This document shows, piece after piece, positions 13,211 to 26,671 of a stretch of DNA of 64,000 bases. Below the pieces are notes generated by a model. The model was not told the DNA's origin and ran no database searches. It was given only the letters and a program-made list of their open reading frames with translations. Every line of letters starts with the position of its first letter. Within the stretch, counting starts at the first letter, position 1. Source of the DNA: Mobula hypostoma (lineage: Eukaryota); contig NC_086097.1 in the NCBI RefSeq assembly GCF_963921235.1, forward strand, positions 215,390,001-215,454,000. The letters are read 5' to 3'. A program made the translations under genes and the position numbers.

Positions 13211-13874
13211 ATCAATACTGAATTAGGAGCAGATTTATACACTAGGGCCTCAGCAATGAGAAACTGGTTGACAGTTTCCAAATTACAGTCTAGGAATTCC
13301 CATTTCTGATAAATTCAACTCACATGGCAATGCATCTCGGCATTTTTTCAAGATTATTTCTCATATGGAAATGATATTTTGAAGTTAAACCTGAAAGAAA
13401 GTGTTAAAGAAGGCCATTTGAGTCATTGTTTCTTCCATGTTCATAGGGTGAAACAAGGCGCTCTCCAGAAAGCAGTTTACTTCCCTAATCTACTCTTATT
13501 TCAATGGATTAATGTGTCACGTGGCACTGGATTAAACAGGGGTGAATGGGATTTTTGCTAGTTTACATTTAGAGATTTCCTAAAGCTTTTCTGGTAGAAG
13601 TGTATCTTTGCTCAGTTGTTTAAATCAGGATTGATAGTACCTAGCACCATAATGCATTGTATGCTGCAGCTAATTGTTAATTTCATTAAGATCGGTGGAA
13701 CAGAATATTGAAACAGGAGTGAAATGGGCAGCTGATGGTACAGGACAGGTTTATTGCCAGTGATTAACAGAAAAATTTCTGCTTTCTAATCTTTTTGGAA
13801 TTTGTCTTTTCCCTCCATGTATTGAATGGATTGGATAATGTCCATTGACTTCATCTTCTGTTCTCCCCCATAAA

Positions 13875-14560
13875 AGAAGAAGACTGCAGATGTCTGATCC
13901 GAGGTGGTTGACGAAGCCACTGTGGGATCAATGGAGTTTGTCACCGGTGTGATGGGGAGGGGGTGAGAGATGTGTAGCTTGGCATGCTCATTCCACTGCT
14001 TGTACTAGTGTTGTGCTCCAAAGAGTGATCTTGAAGTCCTCACTAGCATCCCAATTGCTCTTTCTCCATTTTGGTCAGTCAAGAGTCAGTGATTCCGAGA
14101 GCATGTGGGGATGTTGCACTTTCACAAGCAGGCTCCACCTCCTTCCATCATTTCCTTTGTCTGATGGTAAACTCATGTTGTGATGGAGCTTGGATCAGCG
14201 TTTCTGTTTTGGGACTTGAGTCCATATCAGGTGTCATTGCTCATCCATGGGAGCTAATGGAATATAATTAGAAGCTCATTTGAAAGAGATATTTACTGGA
14301 AGAGGATACTGGTGTTTATTTGCTTATCCTGCCAATGAATTAAGGGATTTTGTGGAATCAGCATTGGTAATTATTCTCCAGTGTTTCGTTATCTATTGTG
14401 GAATATGACTCAGAAGCATAATGAATGGTTGCTATAGGTTGAACAAGGTTAGTACCAGGTTTTGAACTTCAGATAATCTTTTCCTAAGATGTCCAAAGGC
14501 TTTGCTAGTACACTGAAGCTGATGGTAAATTCAATGTTTACCTTTATCCACTGGAGTGCC
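13875..14560 (-). mobile_element. Degraded RTE-clade LINE relic
   Basis: Begins with a gaagaaga tail followed by an RTE-like 3' region (gaggtggttgacgaagcc) and decayed C-terminal coding sequence. No ORF is left. Confidence 0.45.
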
Positions 14561-17362
14561 AATTAAATGAAGCTTCTATCTTTTGCTAGTGATGGGTGAA
14601 GTAATATGTGCATTTACAGATTAGGTGTTTCAGGCTAGATGTATAATGCATAAAAGCCCCCTGCTGAATTTGAAAGTCCTAACCACTGATACCAGTCTGT
14701 AAAGGAATAAGGCTGATAGGTTAAACGGCGTTTTGTTAATCTAAGCTCCCCCATGTTCTCAGTTCCTGAGGTAAATATACCAAAGCCAAGATCTTAAGAA
14801 GAGATAAAATAGTGGCATTTCTCTTTGACCCTTCAACACAAACTACTGGTTAACAATATCAAGCTAAGCTTGTAATCTGCACTGTTCAGTACTACCTATT
14901 TGCATGAGACTGATGACATTTCTGTGAGTCTATCACAGAAGGAAAGACATGGCAAAGTATTTGATCTTCAATGTACACTTTTACTTTCATATTCTTCAGT
15001 ACGTTTGTAAAGAGTTCTCCATTGAACTTTGACAAATTAGCATGTTCAGTTATTTTGAAAAGGCTTTGTTCTCCCTATTTCAGGGGGAAAGGAAGGATGG
15101 AAAGTGTTTCAACATTTGGTGATCTAACCGAGTACTTTCAAAAATCTGAGAATTCCTTCTTGGAATGTGAGCATTGATAACACAGCTCTTCAGACTGGCG
15201 GCGATTGAAGCAATGGGACTTTGCTGATACTGTTTGTACTGCTGAGTGGGCAGCATTATCAGCAACTGTGGCTTTTTCTCCCCCTACCCCTCCCATATTT
15301 GTCAGCTATTCACATCTCAGTGACCACAAGCATTCAGCCAGGATTGGAAAAGTTGAAAAATAAAATATGCTCAAAATGCTTATCATTTCAGGCAGTGACC
15401 GTGGAGTGAGAGAAAAAACGACAGCTTTTCAAATCAATGATGCACCATCCTGTGTTTCCCTTTCCAGGAGTGTGCTGAGGCTTTTAGCATATCCAGTTTT
15501 TATCTTACAGCTTAGGCACCTGAAGTATATTGGCTTTTTTTGCATGAGTAATAAGTCCGGAAATATGTATCCAGAGACCTAGAGATAAATTCCCTCTGAT
15601 ATACTCAGGGATTGACATGAAGATGTGGATTTGAATTTGATACTCTGCCTTGTCAGTTTTCTGATCTAGAGTAATGTTAGGAGGGTTCAATTTGCTTTAG
15701 TGCTTTGTTTAGATGGAAAAATGTCCCACAGGTATTACAACGGTGAAATCCATGCTAGAAAGTATGGCTTGTGCCTGCATAAAGATCCAGTCTTGTGATG
15801 CTCTCTGCAGTGGAATAGCCCATTGCCATCCATAGCCAAGGCTTGCACATAAATCATAACTATTTAAAAAACCACTGGAGTGGACCAGGTATTCATGGAA
15901 TTGCTGTTGACAATGTCTTATCAAGAAAGGGAAGCAGTAGGATGCAATGAATGGAGGTAAAATACCTAAACTGTGAATGACACTCAATTTAAAAACATGC
16001 CGTCTTGTACCAAACCAGAACAGTTGATCGAGTTGAAAAAGTAGCCCTTGTTCACTCCCCATATCTACTGTGCCTGTGTATGCGAATGAGCTCTTCCCCC
16101 AACAACATCACTTGTGGAGTAAAATACACTTCCTTGAAACAAGTTGTTGACTAAAGAGCTGCAGGAAATTACAGTCTTTATCCGTATGCCTCTTGTCGCA
16201 CACAGCAGAAATAAACGACTGCATATTGCTGCCACGGCTCTGTTTCAACAGCTTCAGTTCAGCATATTGAGCACAATAATCTTCTCTGGCCCCTCCTTAG
16301 AGCGTGCTCTTGCAACAAATCTTTATCTGATTTCCTAGCCCTCATGCTGCTACATACTGCAGCTATATCCCTGAAAAGACTTTCAACCAGCGCTGCAGTC
16401 CCAGCCAAGTCACTGCACCTACAATCTGCTCAGCCTAATGAAAGTAAAAGATCAACAAAATGTTGTGTTCTTTTTCGTCAAATCATTTTCTTATCCTTCT
16501 ACTGAATTATTAAACAGGCCTTGTTAAACCTTGTCTGATTATCTTACAGGCCACGTGACTCGACACTAACCTTTTATATAACATCAAAATGACTGCAGTG
16601 ATCGATCAAACCAATCACTGTTGTCTACAACTTTTACAAATCTGGCTAGGGCCTCAAAATTCAAGCCCCTCCATACCTTCAAGCTAAAATAGCCACCAGC
16701 AATTCAAAATACCATGAGATTAAGTAATTTAAATTGACCTTAGTTGACTCGCATTAGACATTTCTAATAAATGAAATAAGTTTTGATATCAGATGAAAAG
16801 CAGTGGCATTTTTTTTTAAATGCAAGGTAATTGAATATTTACATTTTGAAGGTGGTGATAAAAGTAAATACAAAAATTGCTGGCATTGCAAAAGGAAAAG
16901 CAAGTGGAATACAGTAGCCCTACATTAGAGTTCTGCTGCAGACTCACACCCAAGGTATTTACCCATGATTCTTCTTCATCGGTTGTATTTTCACCAGGTT
17001 CTGCTTTTAATCTTAAATTTCCACTGGGTGCAGCAAGAGCAGCAGAGGTACACCTAACCTTAGGTATCAGCGGTAAGGAACTTACTCCAGATGTATTTAA
17101 ATAGAACAGCGTAGCTAAAATAAACATGTCCCTTCTAGAATGAGACTAAAGAATGGAGAACAATAAAGAAGTGGCTTGTAGTACAAACAATTATTTTGGA
17201 GGGGTCTTCGCATTAGAAGGAACATCTCAATAACAACATGTTCAAGGGATATAGGGAGGGAAAGACACAGGAATTACACACAGCATGAAAACTTAGCATT
17301 GGATCACACCAATAATTAGGAATATTAAGAGAATTTTGACCTTTATTAAAATGGGTATGTCT

Positions 17363-17705
17363 ACTCAGTGGCCATTTTATTAGGTAGACTTGTACACCAG
17401 CTCATTAATGCAAATCATGTGGGTAGCACTCAATGCATGCAGGCATGGTGAACAGACCAAATATCAGAATGGGGAAGAAATGTCATCTAAGTGACTTTGA
17501 CTGTGGATCGATCGTTGGTTTATCTCAAAAACTGCTGATCTTATGGGATTTTCACACACAGCGATCTCTAGCAGTTGCAGAGAGAGTGGTACAAAAAATG
17601 AAAAGCATCCAGTGAGTGGCAGCTCTGTGGGCAAAAACGTCTTGATAATGAGAAAGGTCAGAGGAGAATGGGACATGTTGAATCTGACAGGAAGGCAACA
17701 GTAAA
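17363..17705 (+). mobile_element. Tc1/mariner-derived non-autonomous DNA transposon relic (left part)
   Basis: Terminus actcagtggccattttattaggta, then decayed N-terminal transposase-like codons (MGKKCHLSDFDCG...SKTADLMGFSHT). Confidence 0.6.
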
Positions 17706-18085
17706 GAAGGGATTTCGCGGGCTTTTAGTTTGGGAGAAGATGGAGAGAGAAAATGCCAGAACTGGGAAGTCATAGACTGCAGGACTGAGTGGACTTGGAA
17801 TAAGGTCAGGAGTCGATGACGGCCGGGGAAATCAATGGAGAATGGACATACAGGAAAACAATGAGCTCCAACGTGCGCATTAGACTGCTTTATTAAAATG
17901 AGTCCTTTCTTTACTAACCCTATAGTCAAATTAAGAATTATAAAGCTCAATCGTTTAATTGCATATTGTGTACTGTTTGTTATTTCATGGTACTGATTTG
18001 TAACAGGGGAACACATCACGCAGCATCCACCCAAGCGAGATTTCTCAGGTTTGGCCAGGCCGGAGGCTGTCTCCCCCTAGAGTGA
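17706..18085 (+). mobile_element. Possible LTR 3' fragment
   Basis: Abrupt switch to CpG-richer sequence with an ATTAAA signal, ending ...ccctagagTGACA. No matching second end is seen. Confidence 0.3.
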
Positions 18086-19949
18086 CAGAGTTGGCCAAAA
18101 CTGAGGGTCACATATGTTAGAGTTTTCTGAGTCACAATACATCACATGCACCTACTGTTAAATTTCTGGAGTAGAGCCTGGGACTCACGGTCCAGAGACG
18201 AGTGTCTGATTGGGGAAATGAAATTCAGTTAATTATCTAAAATTGCAATAAAAAGCTGGTAGCAGTAATAGTGACCATGAAGGACAGATGGTTCACTAAT
18301 ATCCTTCAGGAAAGTAAATCTGTTCTTCTACCCAATCAAAAGAATATCAACCAACACACCTCTCCCTGGCCTTCCCTTCTCCAACTTGGCCTTGGTGAAC
18401 ATAATTAAACTTTTCAAACCCAGTTAACTTTCATCACCCTGGCCTTTCACTTCGTGTGCACATCCTCAACTACCTGTGTCCAGTCAAACCTGTTCATTAC
18501 ACAATGTGACACATCTATATGATAGTCACCCTCACCGCATCTATGCTATTGAGCCTTGAGCTAGGATGAAAGGCTAAACGCGAGGGAGAGGGAGACAGAG
18601 AAGGCAGGAGGTCACCTGCACAATAACTCCACAATATTGACCATATGGCTCTTGTTGCAATGTTCCTGCAAGTAGTTCAAAGTAGATAGTTATCTCCTAA
18701 CAGTCAACCATTAGCTTGGCCTTAAGAACCAATATTGGCCTGCCACACTTTTAAGATGTCTGGTGAACACCTTCGTGAATCTCCTCCAATGTTGCCATGC
18801 AGGAGTATGAGTTTACTTCGCCTTTTTCAAAGGAAGACATTTTAACATTCATTTGCAGGTTTCCCTCCACCCTCTCCAAGCTGTTATAATCTCTAGGATT
18901 CCATGTTCCTCTGTGCCTAAATCTCTACTGACCCTGGACGATTCAGCAATATGCTGCTGGTTGGAAGAAGGGCAACCTACCTGTCTTTCTGGGGTAGAAG
19001 GCAGGTAGCCTTCCTGTGATAAGGAACGCCATGTTTCCTTGATAGGCCTGAAGGAGAAAGTGCCTTCCCGGCCCACTGGAAACGAGGGGGAAAGTTACCA
19101 TCCGGAGGAATGCTCCTGCTTTGCACTCCAACACCTTCTCTTCTCCATTTTCAGCAACAAATATAATGCATCCGCTAGTGAAATTTGTGGTGTGCAGGAG
19201 CCATGTATCTGTTCTCGGTCTGTTTTACACATTTATTATCTTTATTGTGGTAACTAGTCAAATGAGTGGGGGCATAGTAAAAGCAAAGGGAATAAGTTAC
19301 GTATTCTTGATTATTTCATGGCAGCTGGTAGCTTGGGATTGGTAGAGCTTGTATTTTGCTGACCACTGAGATAGTACTTAATATGACTGAATAGTGCTTA
19401 GCAGACACTTGGGTATGCTTAAGTTCATCACTTCAAGATTGTATGTTTGCTAATTGATAATAAAGGATTGAATAAAGCATTTGACTTTTGGAGCAAGCAA
19501 TCACTTCATTGGAGCTGGGGGTGCATCATGCAAGTATAACAACTCCGTAGCAGTTGCAGGCTGGTAGCAACTGTTTTGGTTTTTGGTTTCATTTTGCCGC
19601 TACATGGGGCAAGTGAGATACACCATCAGACTCCAATTCTTGAATACTTGAGAGATTGATTTCCTCAAAAATGCATCTGAATAATGTGTAAAGCCAGCCC
19701 TTTCTGAGGGACACTGTCTCCATCTTCTCTTATCTTACCCCCATTCACTTGAAGTAGGGAACGTTAAAATCCAATCTTTACTGTTTGTTCTCTTAACAGC
19801 TCAGAGATCACGGAAGGATATGTTAACAGATCAACACTTCATGGTGGAACATCCCTGAATGAAAGCTCCCTTATTTAAATGAGTAAAACCCTTTCAAAAA
19901 TAATGGACAGGGAACTGATGCACGAGTGCTTTAGATGTTCAACTACTAA

Positions 19950-21590
19950 TAGATGATGGTGAGGACAATATGAGTGATTCTGATGTTCTGGAGCATGTTG
20001 ATATTAAGGGAGAGGAGGTGTTGGAGTTGTTAAAATACATTAGGACGGATAAGTCCCCGGGGCCTGACGGAATATTCTCCAGGCTGCTCCACAAGGCAAG
20101 GGAAGAGATTGCTGAGCCTCTGGCTAAGATCTTTATGTCCTCGTTGTCCATGGGTATGGTACCGGAGAATTGGAGGGAGGCGAATGTTGTCCCGTTGTTC
20201 AAAAAAGGTAGTAGGGATAGTTAGGGTAATTATAGACCAGTGAGCCTTACGTCCGTGTTGGGAAAGCTGTTGGAAAAGATTCTTAGAGATAGGATCTCTG
20301 GGTATTTAGAGAATCATGGTCTGATCAGGGACAGTCAGCATGGCTTCGTGAAGGGCAGATCATGTCTAACAAGCCTGATAGAGTTCGTTGAGGAGGTGAC
20401 CAGGCATATAGATAAGGGTAGCGCAGTGGATGTGATCTATATGGATTTTAGTAAGGCATTTGACAAGGTTCCACACAGTAGGCTTATTCAGAAAGTCAGA
20501 AGGCATGGGATCCAGGGAAGTTTGGCCAGGTGGATTCAGAATTGGCTTGCCTGCAGAAGGCAGAGGGTTATGGTGGAGGGAGTACATTCAGATTGGAGGA
20601 CTGTGACTAGTGGTGTCCCACAAGGATCTGTTCTGGGACCTCTACTTTTCGTGGTTTTTATTAACGACCTGGATGTGGGGGTAGAAGGGTGGGTAGGCAA
20701 GTTTGCAGACGACACAAAGGTTGGTGGTGTTGTAGATAGTGTGGAGGATTGTCGAAGATTGCAGAGAGAAATTGATAGGATGCAGAAGTGGGCTGGAAAG
20801 TGGCAGATGGAGTTCAAACCTGGAGAAGTGTAAGGTGGTACACTTTGGAAGGACAAACTCCAAGGCAGAGTACAAAGTAAATGGCAGGATACTTGGTAGT
20901 GTGGAGGAGCAGAGGGATCTGGGGGTACATGTGCACAGATCCCTGAAGGTTGCCTCACAGGTGGATAGGTTAGTTAAGAAAGCTTATGGGATGTTAGCTT
21001 TCATAAGTCGAGGGATAGAGTTTAAGAGTCGTGATGTAATGATGCAGCTCTATAAAACTCTGATTAGGCCACACTTGGAGTACTGTGTCCAGTTCTGGTC
21101 ACCTCACTATAGGAAGGATGTGGAAGCATTGGAAAGGGTACAAAGATTTACCAGGATGCTGCCTGGTTTAGAGAGTATGCATTATGATCAGAGATTAAGG
21201 GAGCTAGGGCTTTACTCTTTGGAGAGAAGGAGGTTGAGAGGAGACATGATAGAGGTGTACAAGATAATAAGAGGAATAGATAGAGTGGATAGCCAACATC
21301 TCTTCCCCAGGGCACCACTGCTCAATACAAGAGGACATGGCTTTAAGGTAAGGGGTGGGAAGCTCAAGGGGGATATTAGAGGAAGGTTTTTTTTACTCCG
21401 AGAGTGGTTGGTGTGTGGAATGCACTGCCTGAGTCAGTGGTGGAGGCAGATACACTAGTGAAGTTTAAGACACTACTAGACAGGTATATGGAGGAATTTA
21501 AGGTGGGGGCTTATATGGGAGGCAGGGTTTGAGGGTCGGCACAACACTGTGGGCGAAGGGCCTGTACTGTGCTGTACTATTCTATGTTCT
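19950..21590 (+). mobile_element. CR1 LINE, 5'-truncated, same subfamily as 7203-9232
   Basis: ORFs 19970-20224, 20240-20833 and 20739-21458 carry DKSPGPDG, DFSKAFDKV, GVPQGSVLGP and FADDTK. Collinear and highly similar to 7600-9230. Confidence 0.95.
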
Positions 21591-21875
21591 AATATCGGCA
21601 ATTGTCATTTCTAGGCAATAGTGTCACATGTTAATGAATGTTAAGTACACTAACTGGCTAGTTTTTATACATTTATACTGCTCATCTTTTCTACTTGCAG
21701 CTACTCTGTTCTCAGGCCCACTGGTGGTGAGGTTTTTGTCCTTCTTCCTGATGGAGGGTGGTGATTGAAGGGGTTTATTCTAGTTGGAGGTCTATCCTTA
21801 TTGGAGTTCTGCAAGGATCTTTTCTGGGACCCCTGCTGTTTGTGATGTGTATAAATAGCCTGAATGAAAATGTAA

Positions 21876-24025
21876 GCAACAGACATCAAAGTTGCTGGTG
21901 AACGCAGCAGGCCAGGCAGCATCTCTAGGAAGAGGTACAGTCGACGTTTCAGGCCGAGACGCTTCGTCAGGACTAATTGAAGGAAGAGTTAGTAAGAGAT
22001 TTGAAAGTGGGAGGGGGAGGGGGAGATACAAAATGATAGGAGAAGACAGTAGGGGGAGGGATGGAGCCAAGAGCTGGACAAGTGATTGATATGAGAGGAT
22101 CATGGGACAGGCGGTCCAGGGAGAAAGACAAGGTGGGGGGGGAACCAGAGGATGGGCAAGGGGTATAGTCAGAGGGAGAGAGGGAGAAAAAGGAGAGAGA
22201 GAGAGAGAGAGAGAATGTGTGTATATAAATAAATAATGGATGGGGTACGAGGGGGAGGTGGGGCATTAGCGGAAGTTAGAGAAGTCTCTGTTCATGCCAT
22301 CAGGTTGGAGGTTACCCAGACGGAATACAAGGTGTTGTTCCTCCAACCTGAGTGTGGCTTCATCTTTACAGTAGAGGAGGCCGTGGATAGACATGTCAGA
22401 ATGGGAATGGGACGTGGAATTAAAATGTGTGGCCACTGGGAGATCCTGCTTTCTCTGGTGGACAGAGCGTAGATGTTCAGCAAAGCGGTCTCCCAGTCTG
22501 CGTCGGGTCTCGCCAATATATAAAAGGCCACATCGTGCATCGGACGCAGTATATCACCCCAGCCAACTCACAGGTGAAGTGTCGCCTCACCTGGAAGGAC
22601 TGTCTGGGGCCCTGAATGGTGGTAAGGAAGGAAGTGTAAGGGCATGTGTAGCACTTGTCCCGCTTACAAGGATAAGTGCCAGGAGGGAGATCAGTGGGGT
22701 GGGATGGGGGCGGGGGGAGGAATGGACAAGGGAGTCGCGTAGGGAGCGATCCCTGCGGAAAGCAGAGAGAGTGGGGGAGGGAAAGATGTGCTTAGTGGTG
22801 GATCCCGTTGGAGGTGGCGGAAGTTACGAAGAATAATATGTTGGACCCGGCAGCTGGTGGGGTGGTAGGTGAGGACCAGGGGAACCCTATTCCTAGTGGG
22901 GTGGCAGGAGGATGGAGTGAGAGCAGATGTGCGTGAAATGGGGGAGATGCATTTGAGAGCAGAGTTGATGGTGGAGGAAGGGAAGCCCCTTTCTTTAAAA
23001 AAGGAAGACATCTCCCTCGTCCTGGAATGAAAAGCCTCATCCTGAGAGCAGATGCGGCGGAGACAGAGGAATTGCGAGAAGGGGATGGCATTTTTGCAAG
23101 AGACAGGGTGAGAAGAGGAATAGTCCAGATAGCTGTGAGAGGCAGTAGGCTTATAGTAGACATCAGTGGATAAGCTGTCTCCAGAGAGAGACAGAAAGAT
23201 CTAGAAAGGGGAGGGAGGTGTCAGAAATGGACCAGGTAAACTTGAGGGCAGGGTGAAAGTTGGAGGCAAAGTTAATAAAGTCAACGAGTTCTGCATGCGT
23301 GCAGGAAGCAGCGCCAATGCAGTTGTCGATGTAGTGAAGGAAAAGTGGGGGACAGATACCAGAATAGGCATGGAACATAGATTGTTCTACAAAGCCAACA
23401 AAAAGGCAGGCATAGCTATGACCCATACGGGTGCCCATAGCTACACCTTTAGTTTGGAGGAAGTGGGAGGAGCCAAAGGAGAAACTATCCACAGCCTCCT
23501 CTACTGTAAAGATGAAGCCACACTCAGGATGGAGGAACAACTCCTTATATTCCATCTGGGTAGCCTCCAACCTGATGGCATAAACATCGACTTCTCTAAC
23601 TTCCGCTAATGCCCCACCTCCCCCTCGTACCCCATCCGTTATTTATTTTTATACACACATTCTTTCTCTCTCTCTCCTTTTTCTCCCTCTGTCCCTCTGA
23701 CCATACTCCTTGCCCATCCTCTGGGTCCCCCCCCCCCCGTCTTTCTCCCTGGACCTCCTGTCCCATGATCCTCTCGTATCCCCTTTGCTCTGTTCAGCTG
23801 TTGGCTCCATCCCTCCCCCTCCTGTCTTCTCCTATCATTTTGTATCTCCCCCTCCCCCTCAAACTTTCAAATCTCTTACTAACTCTTCCTTCAGTTAGTC
23901 CTGACAAAGGGTCTTGGCCTGAAACATCAACTGTCCCTCTTCCTATAGATGCTGCCTGGCCTGCTGCGTTCACCAGCAACTTTGATGTGTGTTGCTTGAA
24001 TTTCCAGCATCTGCAAAATTCCTGT
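21876..24025 (-). mobile_element. Penelope-like element (PLE): partial RT plus GIY-YIG endonuclease, with an inverted duplication of its 3' end
   Basis: Minus strand reads LQTKGVAMGTRMGHSYACLFVG...YIDNCI (PLE RT) and VIYCVRC..CGLLYIGETRRRLGDRFAEH...MN.DFSNFR* (GIY-YIG). Bases ~23489-23995 are the reverse complement of ~21876-22388. TSD TGAATGAAAATGTAA at 21861-21875 and 24026-24040. Confidence 0.92.
21939..21974 (-). ncRNA. Minimal type I hammerhead ribozyme motif in the PLE terminal repeat
   Basis: Reverse complement AGTC-CTGACGA-AGCGTCTCGGCCT-GAAA-CGTC-GACT shows stem I AGTC/GACT, the CUGANGA and GAAA boxes and a GUC site, with one mismatch in stem II. Confidence 0.7.
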
Positions 24026-24668
24026 TGAATGAAAATGTAAAAAGGATGTGTTAGTAAGTCTGCAGATGATACAAAGGTTGTTTGTGGTTTGAATAGCATA
24101 CAAGACTGGCAAAGAATAGAATCGGATAAAGATCACTTGCAGATATGGGGAGAAATGGCAGATGGAGGTTATCCCAGCCAAATGTGAAGTGTTGCACCTT
24201 GGTAGCTTAAATGTGAAGAGACAGTACACTGTTAAGGGCAATATGCTTAACCGTGTGGATGAACAGAGGGATCCTTGGGCCCAAGTTCATAGCTCCCTGA
24301 TAGTAGCTGCACAGATTGATAGGGTGGTTAAACAGCACAAGGCATTCCTGCCTTTATTAGTCTAGGCATTGAGTTTAAAAGTCAGGAAGTTGGGTTGCAG
24401 CTTTATAAATCTCTGGTTTGATCACATCTGGAGTATTGCATACAGTTCTTGTCACCCCATTATAGGAAGGACGGCAAGACTTTGGAGAGTGTGCAAAAGA
24501 TTTACAAAGAGACTGCCTGGATTAGAGAGCATGTGCTATAGCGAGAAGTTAGACACAGTTGGGTTGTTTTCTCTGGAGTGGCAGAGGGTGAGGGCACATT
24601 CATAGAGGTTTACGAAGTTATGAGAGAGGCATAGGTAGAGTAGACAGACAATATCTTTTTTCAAGGGT

Positions 24669-26256
24669 TTATACTTTATACATTATTGTCGCCAAACAAT
24701 AGGTACTAGAACGTACAATCATCACAGCGATATTTGATTCTGCGCTTCACACTCCCTGGATTATAGTAGTCATAGTAATAGTCATACTTTATTAATCCCG
24801 AGGGAAATTGGGTTTCGTTACAGTTGCACCAACCAAGAAGAGGATAAATACAGCAATATAAACCCATAAATAATTAAATAATAATAATATGTAAATTATG
24901 CCAGATGGAAATAAGTCCAGGACCAGCCTATTGGCTCAGAGTGTCTGACCCTCCAAGGGAGGAGTTGTAAAATTTGATAACCACAGGCAGGAATGACTTC
25001 CTATGATGCTCTGTGTTGCATCTCGGTGGAATGAGTCTCTGGCTGAATGTACTCCTGTGCCCACCCAGTACATTATGACGCCGTGGACAGCATCCTCTTT
25101 TCAGACACCACCTTCAGAGAGTCCAGTCCCATCCCTACAACATCACTGGCCTTACAAATATTAAAAATAGTTAAAATTAGTAAATATTAAAAATGTAAAT
25201 TATAAATCAAATAGAAAATAGAAAAATGGGAAGTAAGGTAGTGCAAAAAAAACCCGAGAGGCAGGTCTGGATATTTGGAGGGTACGGCCCAGATCCGGGT
25301 CAGGATCCATTCAGTAATCTTATCACAGTTGGAAAGAAGCTGTTCCCAAATCTGGCCGTACGAGTCTTCAAGCTCCTGAACCTTCGCCCGGAGGGAAGAG
25401 GGATGAAATGTCTGTTGGCTGGGTGGGTCATGTCCTTGATTATCCTGGCAGCTCTGCTCCGACAGCGTGCGGTGTAAAGTGAGTCCAAGGACAGAAGATT
25501 GGTTTGTGTGATATGCTGCACTGTGTTCATGATCTTCTGCAGCTTCTTGCAGTCTTGGACAGGACAACTTCCATACCAGGTTGTGACGCAACCTAGAAGA
25601 ATGCTTTCTACGGTGCATCTATAAAAATTAGTGAGGGTTTTAGGGGACAGGCCAAATTTCTTTAGTTTTCTCAGGAAGTAAAGGCGCTGGTGGGCCTTCT
25701 TGGCAGTGAACTCCGCTTGGTTGGACTAAGTCAGGTCATTTGTGATATTGACCCCGAGGAACTTAAAGCTTTTGACCTGTTCCACTTGCACACTACCGAT
25801 GTAAATTGGGTCGTGCGGTCCGCTACTCCTTCTCAAGTCAACAACCAATTCCTTAGTCTTGCTGACATTGAGGGATAGGTTATTGTCTTTGCTCCATGCC
25901 ACCAGGTTCTTAATTTCCTCTCTGTACTCAAACTCATCATTACCCGAGATACAGCCTACAATTGTTGTGTCATCAGCAAACTTGTATATTGCGTTTGATG
26001 GAAACTTGGCTACACAATCATGGGTGTACAGTGAGTACAGCAGGGGGTTGAGTACACAGCCTTGTGGGGCACCAGTGCTCAGAGTGATTGTAGAGAGGAG
26101 CTTGTCCCCTATTTTTACAGCCTGGGTCCTGTCTGTGAGGAAGTTGAAGATCCAGCTGCAGATCTGAGTGCCAAGGCCCAGTTTCCAGAGCTTAGGAATC
26201 AGTTTATTTAGAATGATGGCATTAAAGGCAGAGCTGTAGTTAATGAAAAGGAGCCT
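24669..26256 (-). mobile_element. Rex1/Babar-like LINE (family A) with RT domain, 5'-truncated
   Basis: ORF 25726-26325 carries [41 protein letters not shown] and [11 protein letters not shown]. The 3' end matches 6550-7202. Confidence 0.9.
24764..25154 (-). mobile_element. Rex1/Babar-like family B 3' fragment nested in the 3' UTR of family A
   Basis: (TAGTCA)n-like tail plus sequence shared with 26672-27388, 54242-54688 and 59159-59786. The host resumes across ggatta|caaata. Confidence 0.85.
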
Positions 26257-26671
26257 TAAATGCCTAATACCAAAGGACATGCATTTAAGGTGACAGAAAG
26301 ATGTGAGGAGTATTCTCCTTCCCATCCCCCCACCACAGAGTAGTGGGTGCTGGGATGCACTGTCTGGGGTGGTGGTAGAGTAGAAATATTTAGAGACTTT
26401 TAAGATGAATGTGAGGACAATGGAAAGGTATGGACATTGTGTAGGCAGAAGAGATTAGTTTAGTTACTCATTTAGTTGGTCCAGCACAACATTGTGGTCT
26501 GAAAGCCTGTTTCTATGCTGTAATGTTCCGTGTTCTATTTCTATACTGTGAAAAGCTTTGTTTTACATGTCATCCATACATATCATTTCAAAACACAAGT
26601 ACATGGAAGTGGTACTGAGGGTAAAGCAGAATAGAGTGTTACCATTCCTGAGGAAATGCAGTGTAGCTAGA

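Larger units (their letters stand above)
21775..26545 (+). mobile_element. Old CR1 relic in three pieces (21775-21875, 24026-24668, 26257-26545) hosting nested insertions
   Basis: The QGS.LGP.LF motif at ~21810-21845 continues as tgcagatgatacaaag (ADDTK) at 24061. After the Rex insertion it resumes with ctaataccaaaggacatgcatttaaggtg and a CR1 tail. Confidence 0.8.

Noticed and set aside
18780..19130. GC-richer block with short ORFs on both strands
   Set aside because: No assignable motif. It may be an ancient TE relic or an exon, but I cannot support either.
7600..21590. Apparent 1.6-kb segmental duplication (7600-9230 versus 19960-21590)
   Set aside because: Similarity stops at the CR1 boundaries, so these are independent insertions of one subfamily.
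22000..22265. G-rich and (GA)n tract as a stand-alone G-quadruplex or triplex element
   Set aside because: It is the complement of the PLE pyrimidine-rich 3' UTR and is mirrored at 23610-23860, so the element explains it.
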